From assembly GCF_009914755.1 (NCBI RefSeq), contig NC_060947.1: DNA of 64,000 nt; one strand, written 5' to 3'. Numbering within the stretch: position 1 is the first letter of the stretch; each line of letters opens with the position of its first letter. The notes under the pieces were generated by a model. That model ran no database searches and was not told the origin of the DNA. It saw nothing but the letters and a program-made list of their open reading frames with translations. The DNA is from the human T2T-CHM13v2.0 reference genome, Homo sapiens. Positions 52,201 through 64,000 of this stretch are shown here, piece after piece. Both the position numbers and the translations under genes were made by a program.

Positions 52201-55200
52201 AGTTGAATGCAGTCATCGCAGAAAACTTTCTGAGAATGCTTCTGTCTAGGTTTGAGGTGAAGATATAGACGTTTCAAACGAAGGCTACAAAGTGGTCAAA
52301 ATATACACTTGCAGATTCTACTACAAGGGTGTTGCAAACCTGAACTATCAAAGGAAGGTTCAACTCTGTGAGTTGAATACAAACATCACAAAGAATGTTC
52401 TGAGTTTGCTACCGTTCAGTTATGGGAAGTTGATCCCGTTTCCAACGAAATCCTCAGAGAGGTCCAAATATCCCCTTGCAGATTCTACAAAACGTGTGTT
52501 TGGAAACTGCTCCATCATAACGAATGTTCAGCTCTCTGAGTTAAACTCCATCGTCACAAAGAATTTTCTGAGAGTGCTACCGTCTGGTTTTTATATGAAG
52601 TTCTTTCCTTTACTACCACAGGCCTCAAAGCGGTCCAAATCTCCACTTGCAGATTCTACAAAAAGAGTGTTTGCAAACTGCTCTATCAAAAGGAATGTTC
52701 AACTCTGGGAGTTGAATGCAATCATCACAGAGCAGTTTCTGAGAATGCTTCTATGTCGTTTTTAGGAGAAGATATTTCCTTTTCCAACACAGTCCTCCAA
52801 GCCCGCTAAATATCCACTTGCACATTGTAGAAAAAGGGTGTCGAAGCTGCGCTATCAAAGGGAAAGTTCAACTCTGTGAGGTGAATGCAAACATCCCAAA
52901 GAAGTTTCTGAGAATGCTTCCGTTTAGCTTTTAGGTGAAGATTATCCCGTTTCCAACGAAATCTTCAAAGAGGTCCAAATATCCCCTTGCGGATCCCACA
53001 GAAAGAGTGTTTCGAAACTGCTGTTTCAAAAGGAATCTTCAACTCTGTGAGTTGAATGCAATCATCACAAAGAAGTTTCTGACAATGCTTCTCTCTCGTC
53101 TTTCTGTGAAGATAAAGGAAAAGGCTTTCAGGCCTTTTCCACCACAGGCCTGAAAGCGCTCCAAATGTCCACTTGCAGATTCTGCCAAAAGAATATTTCA
53201 AAACTGCTCTATGAAAAGCAATGTTAAACTCTGCGGCTCGAACACAAACATCACAAAGCCGTTTCTGAGAATGCTTCAGTTTAGTTTTTCTGTGGAAATA
53301 TTCCTGTTTCCAAAGAAATCTTCAAAGAGGTCCACGTATCCACTTACAGATCCTACAAAAAGACAGATTCAAAACTGCTCAATCAAAAGGAGGGTTCAAC
53401 CGTGTGACTTTAATGCAATCATCACTCAGAAGTTTCTGAGAATGCTTCTCTTTAGTTTTTACGTGAACATATACCCGTTTCGAACGAAGGCCACCCAGTG
53501 GTCCAAATATCCACTTGCAGATTCTACAGAAAGAGTGTTTCGAACCTGAACTCTCAAAGGCAGGTTCATCTCTGCGAGTTAAATGCATTCATCATGAAGA
53601 ACTTTCTCAGAGTGTTTGTGTTTAGGTATGGGAAATTATTCCCGTTTCCATCGTTATCCTCAGTGAGGTCCAAATATCCACCTGCAGATTCTACCAAAAG
53701 TGTATTTGGCAACTGCTCCATCAAAAGGCATGTTCAGCTCTGTGAGTGAAACTCCATCATCACAAAGAATATTCTGAGAATGCTTCCGTTTGCCTTTTAT
53801 ATGAAGTTCCTTCCTATACTACCGTAGGCCTCAAAGCAGTCCAAATCTCCATTTGCAGATTCTACAAAAAGAGTGATTCCAATCTGCTCTATCAATAGGA
53901 TTGTTCAACTCCATGAGTTGAATGCCATCCTCACAAACTCGTTTGTGAGAATGCTTCTATCTAGTTTTTATGTGAAGATATTTCCTTTTCCACCACAGGC
54001 CTCAAAGCCCTCCAAACGTCCACTTGCAGATTCTCGAAAAAGAGTGTTTCATAGCCGCTCTTTCAAAAGGAAAGTTCAACTCTGGGAGTTGAATACAAAC
54101 ATCACAAAGTAGTTTCCGAGAATGCTTCTGTTTAGTTCTTATGTGAAGATGATCCCGTTTCCAGTGAAATCTTCAAAGAGGTCCACATATCCCCTTGCAG
54201 ATTCCAAAGAAAGAGGGTTTCAAAACTGCTCCATCAAAAGGATTGTTCAACTCTGTGAGTTGAATGCAGTCATCGCAGAAAACTTTCTGAGAATGCTTCT
54301 GTCTAGGTTTGAGGTGAAGATATAGACGTTTCAAACGAAGGCTACAAAGTGGTCAAAATATACACTTGCAGATTCTACTACAAGGGTGTTGCAAACCTGA
54401 ACTATCAAAGGAAGGTTCAACTCTGTGAGTTGAATACAAACATCACAAAGAATGTTCTGAGTTTGCTTCCGTTCAGTTATGGGAAGTTGATCCCGTTTCC
54501 AACGAAATCCTCAGAGAGGTCCAAATATCCCCTTGCAGATTCTACAAAACGTGTGTTTGGAAACTGCTCCATCATAACGAATGTTCAGCTCTCTGAGTTA
54601 AACTCCATCGTCACAAAGAATTTTCTGAGAGTGCTACCGTCTGGTTTTTATATGAAGTTCTTTCCTTTACTATCACAGGCCTCAAAGCGGTCCAAATCTC
54701 CACTTGCAGATTCTACAAAAAGAGTGTTTGCAAACTGCTCTATCAAAAGGAATGTTCAACTCTGGGAGTTGAATGCAATCATCACAGAGCAGTTTCTGAG
54801 AATGCTTCTATGTCGTTTTTAGGAGAAGATATTTCCTTTTCCAACACAGTCCTCCAAGCCCGCTAAATATCCACTTGCACATTGTAGAAACAGTGTGTCG
54901 AAGCTGCGCTATCAAAGGGAAAGTTCAACTCTGTGAGGTGAATGCAAACATCCCAAAGAAGTTTCTGAGAATGCTTCCGTTTAGCTTTTAGGTGAAGATT
55001 ATCCCGTTTCCAACGAAATCTTCAAAGAGGTCCAAATATCCCATTGCGGATCCCACAGAAAGAGTGTTTCGAAAATGCTGTTTCAAAAGGAATCTTCAAC
55101 TCTGTGGGTTGAATGCAATCATCACAAAGAAGTTTCTGACAATGCTTCTCTCTCGTCTTTCTGTGAAGATAAAGGAAAAGGCTTTCAGGCCTTTTCCACC

Positions 55201-58200
55201 ACAGGCCTGAAAGCGCTCCAAATGTCCACTTGCAGATTCTGCCAAAAGAATATTTCAAAACTGCTCTATGAAAAGCAATGTTAAACTCTGTGGCTCGAAC
55301 AGAAACATCACAAAGCAGTTTCTGAGAATGCTTCAGTTTAGTTTTTCTGTGGAAATATTCCCGTTTCCAAAGAAATCTTCAAAGAGGTCCACGTATCCAC
55401 TTACAGATTCTACAAAAAGACAGTTCAAAACTGCTCAATCAAAAGGAGGGTTCAACCGTGTGACTTGAATGCAATCATCACTCAGAAGTTTCTGAGAATG
55501 CTTCTCTTTAGTTTTTACGTGAACATATACCCGTTTCGAACGAAGGCCACCCAGTGGTCCAAATATCCACTTGCAGATTCTACAGAAAGAGTGTTTCGAA
55601 CCTGAACTCTCAAAGGCAGGTTCATCTCTGCGAGTTCAATGCATTCATCATGAAGAACTTTCTCAGAGTGTTTGTGTTTAGGTATGGGAAATTATTCCCG
55701 TTTCCAACGAAATCCTCAGAGAGGTCCAAATATCCACCTGCAGATTCTACCAAAAGTGTATTTGGAAACTGCTCCATCAAAAGGCATGTTCAGCTCTGTG
55801 AGTGAAACTCCATCATCACAAAGAATATTCTGAGAATGCTTCCGTTTGCCTTTTATATGAAGTTCCTTCCTATACTACCGTAGGCCTCAAAGCAGTCCAA
55901 ATCTCCATTTGCAGATTCTACCAAAAGAGTGATTCCAATCTGCTCTATCAATAGGATTGTTCAACTCCATGAGTTGAATGCCATCCTCACAAAGTCGTTT
56001 CTGAGAATGCTTCTATCTAGTTTTTATGTGAAGATATTTCCTTTTCCACCACAGGCCTCAAAGCCCTCCAAACGTCCACTTGCAGATTCTCGAAAAAGAG
56101 TGTTTCATAGCCGCTGTTTCAAAAGGAAAGTTCAACTCTGGGAGTTGAATACAAACATCACAAAGTAGTTTCCGAGAATGCTTCTGTTTAGTTCTTATGT
56201 GAAGATGATCCCGTTTCCAGTGAAATCTTCAAAGAGGTCCACATATCCCCTTGCAGATTCCAAAGAAAGAGGGTTTCAAAACTGCTCCATCAAAAGGATT
56301 GTTCAACTCTGTGAGTTGAATGCAGTCATCGCAGAAAACGTTCTGAGAATGCTTCTGTCTAGGTTTGAGGTGAAGATATAGACGTTTCAAACGAAGGCTA
56401 CAAAGTGGTCAAAATATACACTTGCAGATTCTACTACAAGGGTGTTGCAAACCTGAACTATCAAAGGAAGGTTCAACTCTGTGAGTTGAATACAAACATC
56501 ACAAAGAATGTTCTGAGTTTGCTTCCGTTCAGTTATGGGAAGTTGATCCCGTTTCCAACGAAATCCTCAGAGAGGTCCAAATATCCCCTTGCAGATTCTA
56601 CAAAACGTGTGTTTGGAAACTGCTCCATCATAACGAATGTTCAGCTCTCTGAGTTAAACTCCATCGTCACAAAGAATTTTCTGAGAGTGCTACCGTCTGG
56701 TTTTTATATGAAGTTCTTTCCTTTACTACCACAGGCCTCAAAGCGGTCCAAATCTCCACTTGCAGATTCTACAAAAAGAGTGTTTGCAAACTGCTCTATC
56801 AAAAGGAATGTTCAACTCTGGGAGTTGAATGCAATCATCACAGAGCAGTTTCTGAGAATGCTTCTATGTCGTTTTTAGGAGAAGATATTTCCTTTTCCAA
56901 CACAGTCTTCCAAGCCCGCTAAATATCCACTTGCACATTGTAGAAAAAGTGTGTCGAAGCTGCGCTATCAAAGGGAAAGTTCAACTCTGTGAGGTGAATG
57001 CAAACATCCCAAAGAAGTTTCTGAGAATGCTTCCGTTCAGCTTTTAGGTGAATATTATCCCGTTTCCAACGAAAGCTTCAAAGAGGTCCAAATATCCCCT
57101 TGCGGATCCCACAGAAAGAGTGTTTCGAAACTGCTGTTTCAGAAGGAATCTTCAACTCTGTGAGTTGAATGCAATCATCACAAAGAAGTTTCTGACAATG
57201 CTTCTCTCTCGTCTTTCTGTGAAGATAAAGGAAAAGGCTTTCAGGCCTTTTCCACCACAGGCCTGAAAGCGCTCCAAATGTCCACTTGCAGATTCTGCCA
57301 AAAGAATATTTCAAAACTGCTCTATGAAAAGCAATGTTAAACTCTGCGGCTCGAACACAAACATCACAAAGCAGTTTCTGAGAATGCTTCAGTTTAGTTT
57401 TTCTGCGGAAATATTCCCGTTTCCAAAGAAATCTTCAAAGAGGTCCACGTATCCACTTACAGATTCTACAAAAAGACAGTTTCAAAACTGCTCAATCAAA
57501 AGGAGATTTCAACCGTGTGACTTGAATGCAATCATCATGCAGAAGTTTCTGAGAATGCTTCTCTTTAGTTTTTACGTGAACATATACGCGTTTCGAACGA
57601 AGGCCACCCAGTGGTCCAAATATCCACTTGCAGATTCTACAGAAAGAGTGTTTCGAACCTGAACTCTCAAAGGCAGGTTCATCTCTGCGAGTTCAATGCA
57701 TTCATCATGAAGAACTTTCTCAGAGTGTTTGTGTTTAGGTTTGGGAAATTATTCCCATTTCCAACGAAATCCTCAGAGAGGTCCAAATATCCACCTGCAG
57801 ATTCTACCAAAAGTGTATTTGGAAACTGCTCCATCAAAAGGCATGTTCAGCTCTGTGAGTGAAACTCCATCATCACAAAGAATATTCTGAGAATGCTTCC
57901 GTTTGCCTTTTATATGAAGTTCCTTCCTATACGACCGTAGGCCTCAAAGCAGTTCAAATCTCCATTTGCAGATTCTACCAAAAGAGTGATTCCAATCTGC
58001 TCTATCAATAGGATTGTTCAACTCCATGAGTTGAATGCCATCCTCACAAAGTCCTTTCTGAGAATGCTTCTATCTAGTTTTTATGTGAAGATATTTCCTT
58101 TTCCACCACAGGCCTCAAAGCCCTCCAAACGTCCACTTGCAGATTCTCGAAAAAGATTGTTTCATAGCCGCTCTTTCAAAAGGAAAGTTCAACTCTGGGA

Positions 58201-61200
58201 GTTGAATACAAACATCACAAAGTAGTTTCCGAGAATGCTTCTGTTTAGTTCTTATGTGAAGATGATCCCGTTTCCAGTGAAATCTTCAAAGAGGTCCACA
58301 TATCCCCTTGCAGATTCCAAAGAAAGAGGGTTTCAAAACTGCTCCATCAAAAGGATTGTTCAACTCTGTGAGTTGAATGCAGTCATCGCAGAAAACTTTC
58401 TGAGAATGCTTCTGTCTAGGTTTGAGGTGAAGATATAGACGTTTCAAACGAAGGCTACAAAGTGGTCAAAATATACACTTGCAGATTCTACTACAAGGGT
58501 GTTGCAAACCTCAACTATCAAAGGAAGTTTCAACTCTGTGAGTTGAATACAAACATCACAAAGAATGTTCTGAGTTTGCTTCCGTTCAGTTATGGGAAGT
58601 TGATCCCGTTTCCAACGAAATCCTCAGAGAGGTCCAAATATCCCCTTGCAGATTCTACAAAACGTGTGTTTGGAAACTGCTCCATCATAACGAATGTTCA
58701 GCTCTCTGAGTTAAACCCCATCGTCACAAAGAATTTTCTGAGAGTGCTACCGTCTGGTTTTTATATGAAGTTCTTTCCTTTACTACCACAGGCCTCAAAG
58801 CGGTCCAAATCTCCACTTGCAGATTCTACAAAAAGAGTGTTTGCAAACTGCTCTATCAAAAGGAATGTTCAACTCTGGGAGTTGAATGCAATCATCACAG
58901 AGCAGTTTCTGAGAATGCTTCTATGTCGTTTTTAGGAGAAGATATTTCCTTTTCCAACACAGTCCTCCAAGCCCGCTAAATATCCACTTGCACATTGTAG
59001 AAAAAGTGTGTCGAAGCTGCGCTATCAAAGGGAAAGTTCAACTCTGTGAGGTGAATGCAAACATCCCAAAGAAGTTTCTGAGAATGCTTCCGTTTAGCTT
59101 TTAGGTGAAGATTATCCCGTTTCCAACGAAATCTTCAAAGAGGTCCAAATATCCCCTTGCGGATCCCACAGAAAGAGTGTTTCGAAACCGCTGTTTCAGA
59201 AGGAATCTTCAACTCTGTGAGTTGAATGCAATCATCACAAAGAAGTTTCTGACAATGCTTCTCTCTCGTCTTTCTGTGAAGATAAAGGAAAAGGCTTTCA
59301 GGCCTTTTCCACCACAGGCCTGAAAGCGCTCCAAATGTCCACTTGCAGATTCTGCCAAAAGAATATTTCAAAACTGCTCTATGAAAAGCAATGTTAAACT
59401 CTGCAGCTCGAACACAAACATCACAAAGCAGTTTCTGAGAATGCTTCAGTTTAGTTTTTCTGTGGAAATATTCCCGTTTCCAAAGAAATCTTCAAAGAGG
59501 TCCACGTACCCGCTTACAGATTCTACAAAAAGACAGTTTCAAAACTGCTCAATCAGAAGGAGGGTTCAACCGTGTGACTTGAATGCAATCATCACGCAGA
59601 AGTTTCTGAGAATGCTTCTCTTTAGTTTTTACGTGAACATATACCAGTTTCGAACGAAGGCCACCCAGTGGTCCAAATATCCACTTGCAGATTCTACAGA
59701 AAGAGTGTTTCGAACCTGAACTCTCAAAGGCAGGTTCATCTCTGCGAGTTCAATGCATTCATCATGAAGAACTTTCTCAGAGTGTTTGTGTTTAGGTATG
59801 GGAAATTATTCCCGTTTCCAACGAAATCCTCAGAGAGGTCCAAATATCCACCTGCAGATTCTACCAAAAGTGTATTTGGAAACTGCTCCATCAAAAGGCA
59901 TGTTCAACTCTGTGAGTCAAACTCCATCATCACAAAGAATATTCTGAGAATGCTTCCGTTTGCCTTTTATATGAAGTTCCTTCCTATACTACCATAGGCC
60001 TCAAAGCAGTCCAAATCTCCATTTGCAGATTCTACCAAAAGAGTGATTCCAATCTGCTCTATCAATAGGATTGTTCAACTCCATGAGTTGAATGCCATCC
60101 TCACAAAGTCGTTTCTGAGAATGCTTCTATCTAGTTTTTATGTGAAGATATTTCCTTTTCCACCACAGGCCTCAAAGCCCTCCAAACGTCCACTTGCAGA
60201 TTCTCGAAAAAGAGTGTTTCATAGCCGCTCTTTCAAAAGGAAAGTTCAACTCTGGGAGTTGAATACAAACATCACAAAGTAGTTTCCGAGAATGCTTCTG
60301 TTTAGTTCTTATGTGAAGATGATCCCGTTTCCAGTGAAATCTTCAAAGAGGTCCACATATCCCCTTGCAGATTCCAAAGAAAGAGGGTTTCAAAACTGCT
60401 CCATCAAAAGGATTGTTCAACTCTGTGAGTTGAATGCAGTCATCGCAGAAAACTTTCTGAGAATGCTTCTGTCTAGGTTTCAGGTGAAGATATAGACGTT
60501 TCAAACGAAGGCTACAAAGTGGTCAAAATATACACTTGCAGATTCTACTACAAGGGTGTTGCAAACCTGAACTATCAAAGGAAGGTTCAACTCTGTGAGT
60601 TGAATACAAACATCACAAAGAATGTTCTGAGTTTGCTTCCGTTCAGTTATGGGAAGTTGATCCCGTTTCCAACGAAATCCTCAGAGAGGTCCAAATATCC
60701 CCTTGCAGATTCTACAAAACGTGTGTTTGGAAACTGCTCCATCATAACGAATGTTCAGCTCTCTGAGTTAAACTCCATCGTCACAAAGAATTTTCTGAGA
60801 GTGCTACCATCTGGTTTTTATATGAAGTTCTTTCCTTTACTACCACAGGCCTCAAAGCGGTACAAATCTCCACTTGCAGATTCTACAAAAAGAGTGTTTG
60901 CAAACTGCTCTATCAAAAGGAATGTTCAACTCTGGGAGTTGAATGCAATCATCACAGAGCAGTTTCTGAGAATGCTTCTATGTCGTTTTTAGGAGAAGAT
61001 ATTTCCTTTTCCAACACAGTCCTCCAAGCCCGCTAAATATCCACTTGCACATTGTAGAAAAAGTGTGTCGAAGCTGTGCTATCAAAGGGAAAGTTCAACT
61101 CTGTGAGGTGAATGCAAACATCCCAAAGAAGTTTCTGAGAATGCTTCCGTTTAGCTTTTAGGTGAAGATTATCCCGTTTCCAACGAAATCTTCAAAGAGG

Positions 61201-64000
61201 TCCAAATATCCCCTTGCGGATCCCACAGAAAGAGTGTTTCGAAACTGCTGTTTCAGAAGGAATCTTCAACTCTGTGAGTTGAATGCAATCATCACAAAGA
61301 AGTTTCTGACAATGCTTCTCTCTCGTCTTTCTGTGAAGATAAAGGAAAAGGCTTTCAGGCCTTTTCCACCACAGGCCTGAAAGCGCTCCAAATGTCCACT
61401 TGCAGATTCTGCCAAAAGAATATTTCAAAACTGCTCTATGAAAAGCAATGTTAAACTCTGCGGCTCGAACACAAACATCACAAAGCAGTTTCTGAGAATG
61501 CTTCAGTTTAGTTTTTCTGTGGAAATATTCCCGTTTCCAAAGAAATCTTCAAAGAGGTCCACGTATCCACTTACAGATTCTACAAAAAGACAGTTTCAAA
61601 ACTGCTCCATCAAAAGGAGGGTTCAACCGTGTGACTTGAATGCAATCATCACGCAGAAGTTTCTGAGAATGCTTCTCTTTAGTTTTTACGTGAACATATA
61701 CCCGTTTTGAACGAAGGCCACCAAGTGGTCCAAATATCCACTTGCAGATTCTACAGAAAGAGTGTTTCGAACCTGAACTCTCAAAGGCAGGTTCATCTCT
61801 GCGAGTTCAATGCATTCATCATGAAGAACTTTCTCAGAGTGTTTGTGTTTAGGTATGGGAAATTATTCCCGTTTCCAACGAAATCCTCAGAGCGGTCCAA
61901 ATATCCACCTGCAGATTCTACCAAAAGTGTATTTGGAAACTGCTCCATCAAAAGGCATGTTCAACTCTGTGAGTGAAACTCCATCATCACAAAGAATATT
62001 CTGAGAATGCTTCCGTTTGCCTTTTATATGAAGTTCCTTCCTATACGACCGTAGGCCTCAAAGCAGTCCAAATCTCCATTTGCAGATTCTACCAAAAGAG
62101 TGATTCCAATCTGCACTATCAATAGGATTGTTCAACTCCATGAGTTGAATGCCATCCTCACAAAGTCGTTTCTGAGAATGCTTCTATCTAGTTTTTATGT
62201 GAAGATATTTCCTTTTCCACCACAGGCCTCAAGGCCCTCCAAACGTCCACTTGCAGATTCTCGAAAAAGAGTGTTTCATAGCCGCTCTTTCAAAAGGAAA
62301 GTTCAACTCTGGGAGTTGAATACAAACATCACAAAGTAGTTTCCGAGAATGCTTCTGTTTAGTTCTTATGTGAAGATGATCCCGTTTCCAGTGAAATCTT
62401 CAAAGAGGTCCACATATCCCCTTGCAGATTCCAAAGAAAGAGGGTTTCAAAACTGCTCCATCAAAAGGATTGTTCAACTCTGTGAGTTGAATGCAGTCAT
62501 CGCAGAAAACTTTCTGAGAATGCTTCTGTCTAGGTTTGAGGTGAAGATATAGACGTTTCAAACGAAGGCTACAAAGTGGTCAAAATATACACTTGCAGAT
62601 TCTACTACAAGGGTGTTGCAAACCTGAACTATCAAAGGAAGGTTCAACTCTGTGAGTTGAATACAAACATCACAAAGAATGTTCTGAGTTTGCTTCCGTT
62701 CAGTTATGGGAAGTTGATCCCGTTTCCAACGAAATCCTCAGAGAGGTCCAAATATCCCCTTGCAGATTCTACAAAACGTGTGTTTGGAAACTGCTCCATC
62801 ATAACGAATGTTCAGCTCTCTGAGTTAAACTCCATCGTCACAAAGAATTTTCTGAGAGTGCTACCGTCTGGTTTTTATATGAAGTTCTTCCCTTTACTAC
62901 CACAGGCCTCAAAGCGGTCCAAATCTCCACTTGCAGATTCTACAAAAAGAGTGTTTGCAAACTGCTCTATCAAAAGGAATGTTCAACTCTGGGAGTTGAA
63001 TGCAATCATCACAGAGCAGTTTCTGAGAATGCTTCTATGTCGTTTTTAGGAGAAGATATTTCCTTTTCCAACACAGTCCTCCAAGCCCGCTAAATATCCA
63101 CTTGCACATTGTAGACAAAGTGTGTCGAAGCTGCGCTATCAAAGGGAAAGTTCAACTCTGTGAGGTGAATGCAAACATCCCAAAGAAGTTTCTGAGAATG
63201 CTTCCGTTTAGCTTTTAGGTGAAGATTATCCCGTTTCCAACGAAATCTTCAAAGAGGTCCAAATATCCCCTTGCGGATCCCACAGAAAGAGTGTTTCGAA
63301 ACTGCTGTTTCAGAAGGAATCTTCAACTCTGTGAGTTGAATGCAATCATCACAAAGAAGTTTCTGACAATGCTTCTCTCTCGTCTTTCTGTGAAGATAAA
63401 GGAAAAGGCTTTCAGGCCTTTTCCACCACAGGCCTGAAAGCGCTCCAAATGTCCACTTGCAGATTCTGCCAAAAGAATATTTCAAAACTGCTCTATGAAA
63501 AGCAATGTTAAACTCTGCGGCTCGAACACAAACATCACAAAGCAGTTTCTGAGAATGCTTCAGTTTAGTTTTTCTGTGGAAATATTCCCGTTTCCAAAGA
63601 AATCTTCAAAGAGGTCCACGTACCCGCTTACAGATTCTACAAAAAGACAGTTTCAAAACTGCTCAATCAAAAGGAGGGTTCAACCGTGTGACTTGAATGC
63701 AATCATCACGCAGAAGTTTCTGAGAATGCTTCTCTTTAGTTTTTACGTGAACATATACCCGTTTCGAACGAAGGCCACCCAGTGGTCCAAATATCCACTT
63801 GCAGATTCTACAGAAAGAGTGTTTCGAACCTGAACTCTCAAAGGCAGGTTCATCTCTGCGAGTTCAATGCATTCATCATGAAGAACTTTCTCAGAGTGTT
63901 TGTGTTTAGGTATGGGAAATTATTCCCGTTTCCAACGAAATCCTCAGAGAGGTCCAAATATCCACCTGCAGATTCTACCAAAAGTGTATTTGGAAACTGC

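Larger units (their letters stand above)
1..64000 (-). repeat. DXZ1: Centromeric alpha-satellite HOR array, 2057-bp 12-mer, about 31.1 tandem copies; human chromosome X DXZ1 type
   Basis: ~171-bp monomers carry alphoid hallmarks (cttgcagattctacaaaaagagtgtttc, gttcaactctgtgagttgaatgc, tttctgagaatgcttct). ORF starts recur every 2057 bp (16, 2073, 4130 ...). GGATCC occurs once per unit (1566, 3623, ...). The 2.0-kb BamHI 12-mer is the established DXZ1 unit. CENP-B boxes read on the minus strand throughout. Confidence 0.97.

Noticed and set aside
1-64000. CRISPR-like or other prokaryotic repeat-spacer system
   Set aside because: There are no unique spacers and no cas-like ORFs. The entire sequence is tandemly repeated primate satellite.
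1-64000. Embedded L1/Alu insertion, inversion or variant-length HOR
   Set aside because: ORF phase is constant (2057 bp, one -1 shift) and orientation never changes. I saw no poly-A tail, target-site duplication or non-alphoid sequence.

Overview
The whole 64 kb is one uninterrupted, single-orientation primate alpha-satellite higher-order-repeat (HOR) array. It holds about 31.1 copies of a 2057-bp, 12-monomer unit with one BamHI site per unit. Unit size, monomer number, pentamer-derived layout and BamHI periodicity match human X-centromere DXZ1 (suprachromosomal family 3). I see no genes, RNA genes, transposons or CRISPR, and all ORFs are by-products of the repeat. I found no support for a new gene-encoded system. 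The informative signal is in the variants between copies (units U1-U31 counted from base 1 in 2057-bp steps): (1) a 4114-bp A/B super-period on the left; (2) recent 2-HOR and 1-HOR expansions; (3) a distinct, more divergent clade after about 53 kb; (4) repeated loss of CENP-B box cores, with two neighbouring boxes usually mutually exclusive; (5) variants that look copied from neighbouring monomers; (6) micro-inversion-like clustered mutations; (7) a double-hairpin insertion in the 186-bp monomer. All counts were made by eye and need computational confirmation.
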